DNA from: Candidatus Omnitrophota bacterium
GTDB taxonomy: Bacteria > Omnitrophota > Gorgyraeia > Zapsychrales > JAKLDJ01
Direction: 5' to 3'
DNA: 64,000 bases
Assembly: GCA_022703585.1 (NCBI GenBank)
Contig: JAKLDJ010000002.1
Location: 27,413 to 91,412 of the forward strand
The translations under genes were made by a program, and so were the position numbers. Below, piece after piece: positions 57,195 to 64,000 of this stretch (position 1 is its first letter; every line of letters starts with the position of its first letter). Under the pieces are notes generated by a model. It worked only from the letters and a program-made list of their open reading frames with translations. It was not told where the DNA came from and did no database searches.

Positions 57195-57893
57195 TTAACG
57201 GATCGAATACAGCCACTCCAGGGCTTCGTGAATAATATTTTGGGGCGGCCACTCGTGGCCGCCCTTAAAAATCCTCAATTGCACCTTGGCGTTCGCATCT
57301 TTAATTTGTTGTTGGGCACGCCTTGCTTCATCCAAGGCGTAATCATCATCACCCGCGCATTGATAAACCGGTATGGAGAAAATCGGCTTCTCCAGCCCTA
57401 AGCCTGATCCGCAGGCAATGATCCCCTTAAATGCCGAGGGATATTTGTACGCCAATTGATAAGCCATTTGCCCGCCGTTAGCGAAACCGGCCGCGTAAAA
57501 CCGGTTGCCGTCAACATTATACTTTTTCTTAACATCCTTTAAGACCGATTCTTGCGCCGCAACAACTTTAGGCCATGATTTTTCGTTCAATTCAAAATAG
57601 ACAAGATCCATAAAACCGATAATAATCCAGCTAAGCCGGTAAGAGGCATAGCCGAATATCCTGGTTGTCTCCACGCCGTCCCCTTGAGGATGAAAGCAAA
57701 AAAGCACCGGATAACCGTTCGCCTTCTTCATATAGCCCGACGGCAAACGCACGGCATAACGGTATCCCTCGGGAGTTACCGCAATTTCTTCTTCGTGGGC
57801 ACGTGATGGACAAGGAAACAATAAAAAATGGCCCAGCCATAAAATTAAGACAAAGGCTGGGCCGATGAAAAGATTATGCTTCCGGAAAAACAT
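57195..57893 (-). CDS. Secreted alpha/beta-hydrolase (phospholipase/carboxylesterase-like) with an Ala at the expected nucleophile position
   Basis: The start is taken at ATG 57893 (MFFRKHNLFIGPAFVLILWLG... signal peptide), 4 nt after the M16 peptidase stop. The ORF-track start at 58019 overlaps the M16 gene. The nucleophile elbow reads GFANGG where esterases of this fold have G-F-S-x-G-G. Asp (AGDDD) and His (GGHEW) of the triad are present. Confidence 0.5.
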   Translation of the reverse strand: MFFRKHNLFIGPAFVLILWLGHFLLFPCPSRAHEEEIAVTPEGYRYAVRLPSGYMKKANGYPVLFCFHPQGDGVETTRIFGYASYRLSWIIIGFMDLVYFELNEKSWPKVVAAQESVLKDVKKKYNVDGNRFYAAGFANGGQMAYQLAYKYPSAFKGIIACGSGLGLEKPIFSIPVYQCAGDDDYALDEARRAQQQIKDANAKVQLRIFKGGHEWPPQNIIHEALEWLYSIR

Positions 57894-57897
57894 CTTT

Positions 57898-59268
57898 CTA
57901 AAACCTAATGATTGAATCGGACAAATCCTTTTGTTGGATATCGTTGAGAGGGCCAACCACAGCGAGGTTGATATTTTTCTCCGCGAAAATAACATTGGCA
58001 ACACGTTTAATATCAGCAATCGTAACCTTTTTTACTTCTTTTAAAATATCATCGAGCTTGCGTGTCTTATTTAAGATAAGAGTCTGGCCCCCTACCCAAA
58101 ACATATGCTCGAGCGTGTCCTCCAACCCCAAAAGCATCTGGCCAAGATAATAATCCTTAGCGCGGGTAAATTCGTCTTTGGTAATATTGTCCTGCTTCAT
58201 GCGCCTTAACTCACCCAAAATAACCTCAACGGCTTCGGTGACTTTTTTGTTATCTACGCCAGCGCTGACTAAAAGGATGCCGGTGTCTTTCAAAGATTTA
58301 ATCGCGCTGGAAATAGAATACGCCAGGCCCCGTTTTTCCCTGATTTCATTAAACAGCCGGCTCGACATGTTAGCGCCCAAAACGATATTAAGCAGATTAA
58401 AGGCATGCCGGTCAGGGTGATCAATCCTTAAGCCAAAAGCCCCCAAAGCCAGATGCATCTGTTCGGTATCTTTAAAGAAAAACTTTACCTGGGATTCTGC
58501 TTGAGAATTATTAGCCTTAAGAAAGCTAGGGCATTCCTTATTGCGGATGCCTTTAAATTTTTTTTGAGATAAATCCACCAGCTCCTTGTGTTTTAAGCAA
58601 CCACAGGCAGCCACCACGATCTTACCCGGGGCGTAATGTGTCTCCCGAAATTCCTCCAAATCATCCGCGCTCATTTTCCCGACGGTTTCCAGGCTTCCGG
58701 TTAGATTCATCCCCAAGGGATGCCCCGGCCACATCAATTGGTCTAACAACTCCATAACAAAATGCTGCGGCAAATCGCGGTACATCTTTATTTCTTCCAA
58801 GATAACGGTGCGCTCCTTTTCAACGTCCTCGGAAGAAACCAAGGGAAAGAGAGTCATGTCGGTTAAAATATCAAAGGTCCGCTCTAAATGCTTGGCCGGT
58901 ATTTTAGCAAAATAGCAGGTCAGCTCTTCGTCAGTGAAGGCATTAAGCGACCCACCCACCCCTTCGATCAATTCTTTAATGGCGTAGCAGGGATACTTCT
59001 TGGTTCCCTTAAAAACAATATGCTCCAGGAAATGAGCGGCTCCCTTGTTTTGCGTATTCTCATAGCGGCCCCCGGCGCCGATCCAGATCCCGACGGAGAC
59101 ACTATCGCGACCTTTCATTTCGTGGGTGGCGACTCTTAATTTATTATTTAAAACAGTTTTTTTATACACAGCATTGTCCTTTTGGCTAGACGTTGTTCGT
59201 AAGACGGCGCACAAAACGGGAAACATTCTTGACAAGATTTCTTTTGCCCAAGTTCTTTTTAATTTCAT
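57898..59268 (-). CDS. M16 family (pitrilysin-like) zinc peptidase
   Basis: 456 aa with the inverted zinc motif HFLEH (GAAHFLEHIVFKG) and a downstream Glu region. The start may instead be the internal Met at 59226, which reduces the overlap with trpA. Confidence 0.75.
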   Translation of the reverse strand: MKLKRTWAKEILSRMFPVLCAVLRTTSSQKDNAVYKKTVLNNKLRVATHEMKGRDSVSVGIWIGAGGRYENTQNKGAAHFLEHIVFKGTKKYPCYAIKELIEGVGGSLNAFTDEELTCYFAKIPAKHLERTFDILTDMTLFPLVSSEDVEKERTVILEEIKMYRDLPQHFVMELLDQLMWPGHPLGMNLTGSLETVGKMSADDLEEFRETHYAPGKIVVAACGCLKHKELVDLSQKKFKGIRNKECPSFLKANNSQAESQVKFFFKDTEQMHLALGAFGLRIDHPDRHAFNLLNIVLGANMSSRLFNEIREKRGLAYSISSAIKSLKDTGILLVSAGVDNKKVTEAVEVILGELRRMKQDNITKDEFTRAKDYYLGQMLLGLEDTLEHMFWVGGQTLILNKTRKLDDILKEVKKVTIADIKRVANVIFAEKNINLAVVGPLNDIQQKDLSDSIIRF

Positions 59269-59977
59269 TCACAATCGCGCTACCGACAATGACCCCGTCG
59301 GCGACACGGGCAACCGATTTGACTTGGGCGGGAGTTGATATCCCGAAGCCGACACAAATAGGTTTCTTCGCGTATCGCTTTGCCTGGCGGACATGAACTA
59401 AGAGGCCCTCGGGCAACCCCTTACGCACGCCGGTTACGCCGGTCAACGAAAGATAATAAATAAACCCGCCGGAATCGCGTACGATATTTTTCATTCTTTT
59501 TTTTGTTGTGGTCGGCGATAGAAAGAATATGGTTGCTACGCGGTTTTTGCGGGCTGCTTTCATTAAAGATACGGCTTCTTCACAAGGCAAATCAGGGACA
59601 ATAATTCCGTCCACGCCTACCTGACCAGCGGCTCGAAAGAATTTTTCCAACCCAAAGTGAAAGACCGGATTATAGTAGGTCATCAGGACCAGGGGAATTT
59701 GGGATTTTACGCGAATATTCTTTACGGCCTGAAGAATTTTCTTTACCGTTACCCCGCCGTCCAGGGCCCGCTGGGAAGCGGCCTGAATTGTCGGGCCGTC
59801 AGCCATAGGATCAGAAAAAGGCACGCCCAGCTCCACAATGTCCACGCCCGCGTGCTCGAATTCAAAAACCAGTTTTTCGGTAGTTTTAAGCGTCGGATCA
59901 CCGGCCGTAACAAAAGCGATAAATACTTTTTTGTTTTTACGCCGCAACTGCTGGAATTTTCGATCAATTCTATTCAT
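59186..59977 (-). CDS. trpA: Tryptophan synthase alpha chain
   Basis: 263 aa TIM barrel (FVTAGDP, ELGVPFSDPMADGPTIQ). Confidence 0.9.
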   Translation of the reverse strand: MNRIDRKFQQLRRKNKKVFIAFVTAGDPTLKTTEKLVFEFEHAGVDIVELGVPFSDPMADGPTIQAASQRALDGGVTVKKILQAVKNIRVKSQIPLVLMTYYNPVFHFGLEKFFRAAGQVGVDGIIVPDLPCEEAVSLMKAARKNRVATIFFLSPTTTKKRMKNIVRDSGGFIYYLSLTGVTGVRKGLPEGLLVHVRQAKRYAKKPICVGFGISTPAQVKSVARVADGVIVGSAIVNEIKKNLGKRNLVKNVSRFVRRLTNNV

Positions 59978-61155
59978 TAGACCAGGTCCTTGATGGAAGT
60001 AACATCCTTATCTCCGCGCCCGGAAAGACAAACGATAACGCTCGAATTCTTTCGGACACGCTTGGCTAATTTTCCCAAATACGCGATGGCGTGCGCTGTT
60101 TCCAAAGCCGGAATAATCCCTTCAGTCTGAGAAAGAAGCTTTAAGCCCGCAATCGCTTCCTGGTCAGTCACGCAAACATACTGCGCCCGGCCGATTTTCT
60201 TGTAATAGGCATGCTCAGGCCCCACCCCGGGATAATCCAGACCCGCCGCAATTGAGTGCGCGATTTTTATTTGCCCGTCGGAATCCTGCAGAATACTGCT
60301 TTTGCTGCCGTGCAACACGCCGATTTCGCCTTTATTAAGCGATGCCGCGTGTTTTTGCGTATTTAACCCTAAACCGGCCGCCTCAACGCCAATCATCCGC
60401 ACATTCTTATCATTAAAGAAATTATAAAAAAGCCCCATGGCATTACTGCCGCCGCCTATACAGGCCAGTAAATAATCGGGTAATTTGTTTTCCTTCGTTA
60501 TAAATTGTTTTCTTGCTTCGCGGCCGATCACAGACTGAAATTCGCGCACCATCAACGGATACGGATGCGGCCCGGCCACGGTCCCAATAACATAAAAAGT
60601 ATCATGCACGTTGGTCACCCAATCGCGCATCGCTTCATTCATGGCATCTTTTAAAGTTTTAGAACCGGTTTTAACCGGAATGACTTTAGCCCCCAAAAGA
60701 CGCATACGAAAAACATTGAGGGATTGCCGGGCAATATCTTCTTCTCCCATATAGATATCGCACTGAACGTTAAAAAGTGCCGCGGCTGTCGCGGTTGCAA
60801 CCCCGTGCTGGCCGGCCCCGGTTTCGGCGATTACCCGGGTCTTGCCCATGCGTCTCGCCACCAAAAGCTGGCCTAACGTATTATTAATCTTGTGGGCGCC
60901 GGTATGCAAAAGGTCTTCGCGTTTTAGATACACCTTGAGCCTTTTTAAATGCGCGCTTAAACGCTTCGCATGATAAAGCCCGGTCGGCCGCCCGGCATAT
61001 TCCTTAAGATAAAAATCGAATTCAGCCTTGAATTTCTTGTTAGATTTAAGCGAATAAAAAACTTTTTCCAGGTCGGATAGCGCCGCCATCAAAGTTTCGG
61101 GAACAAATTTCCCCCCGAACTCTCCAAAATGCCCTTTTCTGTCCGGTAAATTCAT
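59977..61155 (-). CDS. trpB: Tryptophan synthase beta chain (TrpB1 type)
   Basis: 392 aa PLP enzyme ([17 protein letters not shown]). There is a 1-nt overlap with trpA. Confidence 0.9.
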   Translation of the reverse strand: MNLPDRKGHFGEFGGKFVPETLMAALSDLEKVFYSLKSNKKFKAEFDFYLKEYAGRPTGLYHAKRLSAHLKRLKVYLKREDLLHTGAHKINNTLGQLLVARRMGKTRVIAETGAGQHGVATATAAALFNVQCDIYMGEEDIARQSLNVFRMRLLGAKVIPVKTGSKTLKDAMNEAMRDWVTNVHDTFYVIGTVAGPHPYPLMVREFQSVIGREARKQFITKENKLPDYLLACIGGGSNAMGLFYNFFNDKNVRMIGVEAAGLGLNTQKHAASLNKGEIGVLHGSKSSILQDSDGQIKIAHSIAAGLDYPGVGPEHAYYKKIGRAQYVCVTDQEAIAGLKLLSQTEGIIPALETAHAIAYLGKLAKRVRKNSSVIVCLSGRGDKDVTSIKDLV

Positions 61156-61171
61156 CGCGCGGATATCTCTT

Positions 61172-61951
61172 TTATTTTTGCTTTTTGTATTCAGCTATCA
61201 TCATCGACGTACTGCCGATCCCCACCGCCCCGTCGATTCTTAAAGGGATTTTATCGGCACTTTGGTCAAACCAAACCCGGTATTTAGCCGGGTTGCTTTC
61301 CATAAAATACGCATCATACGTACCGGCGGACGTCTTGAGTTTCGTTGTCTTTACAAGATCAATTTTAACATCGGCTGTGGGCAGACGGATGTTAAAAGAA
61401 TCGCCCAGCCGGAACTGGCCCGATGCGCGGCAGCGGTAGATAAAACAGTAAATATTATCGATCAACCCCGGCTTATGAATGACCTGCTGGGAGGTTTTTG
61501 AACCGGCGGTTTTTGTGACCTTAATAACACCGCTTTTACGATCGTACTCCTCGGTAATCTTTTCTTTCTTACCGAAGATGTTAAGGTCGCGCTTAACGAT
61601 CAGCGGGTAAAAATCGTTGGTGTCGGCATAGATTTTTTCCTCGTCAAAGAAATTAAAGGATTCCGCCGTGAAAACGATCAAATAGAATTCTTTACCGTCA
61701 ACTTTTTGGCGGCCGCTAAACGTGAGCGTGGCTTCGCCGACGCTAACTCCCGTTTTTTTAATTTGATATTTAATAAATTCACCCTCGGCAAACGGCAGAG
61801 AAATATCCTTTGATTGATCCGCCCCGGCAACCGATGCCTGGCGAACCTGTGTCCTTTGGGCTAAGGCCTCCTGGGTTTTCAGGTAATAAATACCTAAAAC
61901 CCCCAAAATAACCAGGCCAACAACCATTCTTATGATTTTTTTCGGCATCAC
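61172..61951 (-). CDS. Secreted hypothetical protein, DUF3108-like
   Basis: 259 aa, beta-rich, with a signal/anchor. The segment [22 protein letters not shown] resembles the DUF3108 N-terminal pattern. Weak, from memory only. Confidence 0.4.
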   Translation of the reverse strand: MMPKKIIRMVVGLVILGVLGIYYLKTQEALAQRTQVRQASVAGADQSKDISLPFAEGEFIKYQIKKTGVSVGEATLTFSGRQKVDGKEFYLIVFTAESFNFFDEEKIYADTNDFYPLIVKRDLNIFGKKEKITEEYDRKSGVIKVTKTAGSKTSQQVIHKPGLIDNIYCFIYRCRASGQFRLGDSFNIRLPTADVKIDLVKTTKLKTSAGTYDAYFMESNPAKYRVWFDQSADKIPLRIDGAVGIGSTSMMIAEYKKQK

Positions 61952-62403
61952 GATTGTCTTTCTTTTAAATATGCAGCAAAATCATCGTTAAAGAAAACCT
62001 TCTTCGGAAAACCAAACCATGCCCGGTACGTCAAGAAATACGCTAAGGGATAAACCGGGTTGAGAAGCTGGTCAAAAATCATATGCACCGTCACCCCAAA
62101 AAGAAGCCCAAGAAAAACCGGATCAGGCCTGAAGAATGAAACGGCGATCCATCCGGCTATCAACAATTCATGTGAATGCAAAATCAGGTAAAGCCTTCCT
62201 GCTTTCTCGTTAAGACAATAATCTTCCAACCTCTTTATCGAGAAACAAACCGTTCTTTTAATAATACAATAATCTAAAAAGTGGTCCAAATCAATAAGAA
62301 CGCCGCCTAAAAAACAGGCGGCTAATCCCGGCCATGATGGGCTAAAAACAGAAAAAACGGCCGTGGTTGCTGCCGAAAGCACAATATGTTTTTCTAGGGT
62401 CAC
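61948..62403 (-). CDS. Membrane-bound metal-dependent hydrolase (YdjM/DUF457-like)
   Basis: 151 aa, polytopic, with GGVLIDLDHFLD and conserved His residues. Confidence 0.5.
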   Translation of the reverse strand: MTLEKHIVLSAATTAVFSVFSPSWPGLAACFLGGVLIDLDHFLDYCIIKRTVCFSIKRLEDYCLNEKAGRLYLILHSHELLIAGWIAVSFFRPDPVFLGLLFGVTVHMIFDQLLNPVYPLAYFLTYRAWFGFPKKVFFNDDFAAYLKERQS

Positions 62404-62458
62404 CTTGAATTTCCTGCATTCTTTGTTCGTTCGCTATCCCGACGTTCCGCCAAAACAC

Positions 62459-63595
62459 CTAAACATTATCATATTCTTTTATAAACTTTTCAAGCACCTT
62501 TGCGCCCTGGTATAGATTCTCGATTTTGACATATTCGTCGGTGGCATGGGCCGTCCCCCGAGAACTGAACCCCGTCGCAAAAGCCGGAATACCCGCTTTT
62601 TTAAAGAAAGAAATAACCGTCGCGCCCTCGCTGCCGGTTAACTTTGCTTTTTGCTTCATGCTGACACAGGCCTTGAAATAGGTCCTGACAAGCCGATGTT
62701 GCGCGCTAATGCCGTAAGGATGCTGGATATCATCAATTTCAATCTTGAAGTTTTTAACCTCGCGGCTGACAATCTTTTTAATCTCTTTTAAAACATCACG
62801 AGGATTAGTCCCTGGCAAATACCTCGCATCAACCGAAAATTCACAAAAATCAGCCACCATATTAACCTTATCCCCGCCTTTAATAGTGCCGATATTCACC
62901 GTCGGAGCCCGCAGAAGCAAATGATTATCATATTTGAACTTGTGCGTTTTAAGCCGGGTGATAACTTTGGCAGCCAATTCAATAGCATTAACCCCCTGCC
63001 AGTTGTAGGCCCCGTGTGCTTTTTTTCCAAATATCTTTACGCGACAGTGGATGAGCCCTTTCTGCGCAATAATCGTATGAAATTCATCCGAATCTAAAAT
63101 AACGGCCTCTTTTACTTTGAGAAGCTTCCTCTCGAGGAGCGGCACAATTCCTAAATGGCTTCCCGTCTCTTCGTCGGCAGTTGCGGCGAAGACAAGATCT
63201 TTTTTAAGCGCAGCCTTGTCTTCGACAAGGCTGCGCAGGACCTCCATGCACACGGCCAGATTGCCCTTGTCATCACTGGCTCCTCTGCCGTAAATACGGC
63301 CATTATGAATTTGCGCACCAAAGGGCTTGAATTTCCAGCCCCCTCCGGCAGGAACAGTGTCAATATGGGGAGAAAAAAGCACGGCATTACGTTTAGCATC
63401 AGCCGAAACACCCTTAAGAGTCACCACGACATTGGGCCTATTTTTCTTAAAAGAATAAGTTTTAACCTTAAGGCCCAACGAGCGCATTTCTTTCTCGATA
63501 AAATCGGCCAGCTGTATTTCATTGCCGGGAGGGTTTTCCGAGTTAATACGGATGAGTTTCTGGGTAAGCGCAACCAGCCTTCTTTTACAAATCAT
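62459..63595 (-). CDS. M20 family metallopeptidase (ArgE/DapE/carboxypeptidase G2-like)
   Basis: 378 aa with the M20 metal ligands (SPHIDTVPAG, ASDDKGNLA, EETGS) and a dimerisation insert. Confidence 0.75.
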   Translation of the reverse strand: MICKRRLVALTQKLIRINSENPPGNEIQLADFIEKEMRSLGLKVKTYSFKKNRPNVVVTLKGVSADAKRNAVLFSPHIDTVPAGGGWKFKPFGAQIHNGRIYGRGASDDKGNLAVCMEVLRSLVEDKAALKKDLVFAATADEETGSHLGIVPLLERKLLKVKEAVILDSDEFHTIIAQKGLIHCRVKIFGKKAHGAYNWQGVNAIELAAKVITRLKTHKFKYDNHLLLRAPTVNIGTIKGGDKVNMVADFCEFSVDARYLPGTNPRDVLKEIKKIVSREVKNFKIEIDDIQHPYGISAQHRLVRTYFKACVSMKQKAKLTGSEGATVISFFKKAGIPAFATGFSSRGTAHATDEYVKIENLYQGAKVLEKFIKEYDNV

Positions 63596-63903
63596 CCCAA
63601 AATCCCCCTGGCTTTGATAGCATCGCTAGTTCTTTTGAAATCCTCATAATCCACGAGCATCAAATCGGGCCTGGTTTCGCTGAATTTCTGGATTTTGGGC
63701 ATGTTTTCTTTGATATTACGGAAGGCCATGTAGAGAAAATCCGTCTGGCAAGAAGGGCATTTGGGTGAATCCATCTTAACATTGAGTTCGTTGCACTTAG
63801 AGCAGCTGGCAGATAAGTCCCCACAAATGATCAAATGTTCCTTGATGTGATCAATGTCGACCTTTTTGTAGACGCGTATGAACTTTAAATTCATAGCGCC
63901 CAT
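63592..63903 (-). CDS. Hypothetical zinc-ribbon protein
   Basis: 103 aa with CSKCN...x11...CPSC (C-x2-C...C-x2-C). ATGA overlap with the M20 gene. Function unknown. Confidence 0.35.
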   Translation of the reverse strand: MGAMNLKFIRVYKKVDIDHIKEHLIICGDLSASCSKCNELNVKMDSPKCPSCQTDFLYMAFRNIKENMPKIQKFSETRPDLMLVDYEDFKRTSDAIKARGILG

Positions 63904-64000
63904 TATACCATACCGTATCGAAATTTATTTCATTTTTTGGCAAGAGAAATGAGCAGCCGGGCAATGATGCGGAGAGAGCAGATAAAAAAATATCCCTCGC

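Overview
This 64-kb window looks like core chromosome from a peptidoglycan-containing bacterium. Gene content and operon layout resemble uncultivated anaerobe-type genomes, but phylum cannot be assigned from sequence alone. Almost every gene is on the minus strand and packed tightly, with frequent 1-8 nt or ATGA overlaps. Only pncC/cinA-C, thpR and rpmB read on the plus strand.

Gene order, read in the sense of the minus strand from high to low coordinate:
- A zinc-ribbon protein, an M20 peptidase, a YdjM-like membrane hydrolase, a DUF3108-like protein, trpB, trpA, an M16 peptidase and an esterase-like protein.
- A 56-aa ORF that the ORF track does not list, then rsfS, argS and recJ, with rpmB on the plus strand.
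- ttcA, a UvrD-helicase/PD-(D/E)XK Fe-S nuclease fusion, a 64-aa ORF, gpmI, udg, a polysaccharide deacetylase, a GT39 glycosyltransferase, a PAS-GGDEF protein and an M28 peptidase.
- rpsO, pnp, ftsK, rodZ, rimO, pgsA and pgpA, with cinA-C and thpR on the plus strand.
- A riboflavin operon ribBA-ribH-nusB-[PHP phosphoesterase]-ribD-ribE that runs straight into fabF-fabG-fabZ, then tRNA-Pro(CGG), acyP, a metallophosphoesterase, ligA, a lipoprotein, xerD, cca, rbfA, nrnA, truB and ribF.
- A complete dcw cluster mraZ-rsmH-ftsL-ftsI-murE-murF-mraY-murD-ftsW-murG-[secreted HExxH peptidase]-murC-ddl-ftsQ, with ftsQ partial at the window edge.

There is no CRISPR array, transposase, integrase island or rRNA. 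Several near-consensus sigma-70 promoters (TTGACA-17-TATAAT type) are readable, including a Pmra promoter followed by three 10-bp-phased GTGG MraZ boxes.

The most interesting observations are:
1. A PHP phosphoesterase translationally coupled inside the rib operon, a candidate for the missing riboflavin-pathway phosphatase step.
2. A 64-aa gene whose canonical promoter carries a 9-bp inverted repeat; its AAATAC half-site recurs in two tandem palindromes 100-125 nt downstream, all in the ~360-bp structured region upstream of gpmI.
3. A secreted HExxH (peptidase MA-like) gene sitting where murB is normally found in dcw clusters.
4. An rsfS gene with no canonical start codon next to an A8 tract, immediately after an intrinsic terminator.
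5. An esterase-like protein whose nucleophile elbow reads GFANGG (Ser replaced by Ala).

All calls are made by eye from the sequence and the ORF track. No database searches were possible.
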